This document shows, in pieces, positions 63,391 through 64,000 of a stretch of 64,000 nucleotides of DNA. The notes below the pieces were generated by a model that saw only the letters and a list, made by a program, of their open reading frames with translations, did no database searches and was not told the DNA's origin. How positions within the stretch are numbered: position 1 is the first letter of the stretch; the number at the start of each line of letters is the position of its first letter. Made by a program: the position numbers and the translations under genes. The stretch is from assembly GCF_009914755.1 (NCBI RefSeq), contig NC_060940.1; one strand, given 5' to 3'. Source of the stretch: the human T2T-CHM13v2.0 reference genome, Homo sapiens.

Positions 63391-64000
63391 CAGGGAGACA
63401 CGGGGTTGGGGGAAACAGGAGTGGTGAGAGGTCAGTTCTGCCCACTGCTCTCACAGTAGCAGACAGAGGACAGCCGGGGGATGGACCCCACGCTGCCTAC
63501 CAGGAGCCCCCTGCTCCACCCGGCTAGACCTGGGCAGCCTCCTGCCCACAGCCCACCAATGCTTTCTCAGTCCCTCGCCTGCCTAGACACCCCTACCCAT
63601 CACCCTAAAGCCCGCCAGCAGACCCCAACCCTCTCCCCCTCTAAACACCAACATCAACACTCACCGAGCGGTGGCAATGCTCAGACACCCAGCATGGCCC
63701 TCCGTACATGAAATCCTCGGGAAGCCATTCCCAGCCCACGCCCCTCCCCAGGCTGCCCCTCACCCCAGCAAACCTGCTCAGAAGCTGTCCGCACTCTTAG
63801 AGGGTCGTTCTCCCCACTTTCCTGCCGCCCACCCAAGACTCCACTTGCCCAGAAGCTCCTCTCAGGGACACCCAGAACCGCCATGTGGCCAAAGCCAATG
63901 GCTGCTTCTCCCCAACTTACTTGCCTTAACCCCTTGGCGGCATCTGACACAGCCAGCCCCTCCTTCCCTCTCCAGACCCCATCTCGGCACCTGAGACCCC

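Overview
Human (or great-ape) segmental-duplication mosaic with no intact protein-coding gene, most consistent with the 16p11.2 immunoglobulin heavy-chain orphon region. Bases 1 to ~21,680 are AT-rich, IGH-locus-derived and dominated by LTR/L1 repeats. They hold two minus-strand IGHV pseudogenes: a degenerate clan-III gene at 8,957-9,382 and an IGHV1-family gene at 12,462-12,894, each with leader, V exon and 23-spacer RSS. Downstream of the clan-III RSS is a ~1.35-kb minisatellite built from co-oriented CTCF-consensus motifs. At ~21,680 the sequence switches abruptly to a GC- and Alu-rich duplicon. This starts with a plus-strand 3'UTR-like block with a polyA signal (probably from SRCIN1, inferred from synteny). 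It continues with an unprocessed minus-strand ARHGAP23 pseudogene: 13 exons, PH domain through RhoGAP domain, with a stop codon and two frameshifts, and apparently lacking the large terminal exon. I found no novel multi-gene system. The best leads are the CTCF-motif array, the duplicon junction with its orphaned splice donor, and a locally templated 92-bp insertion. Locus, gene and repeat-subfamily names are from recall and were not searched.
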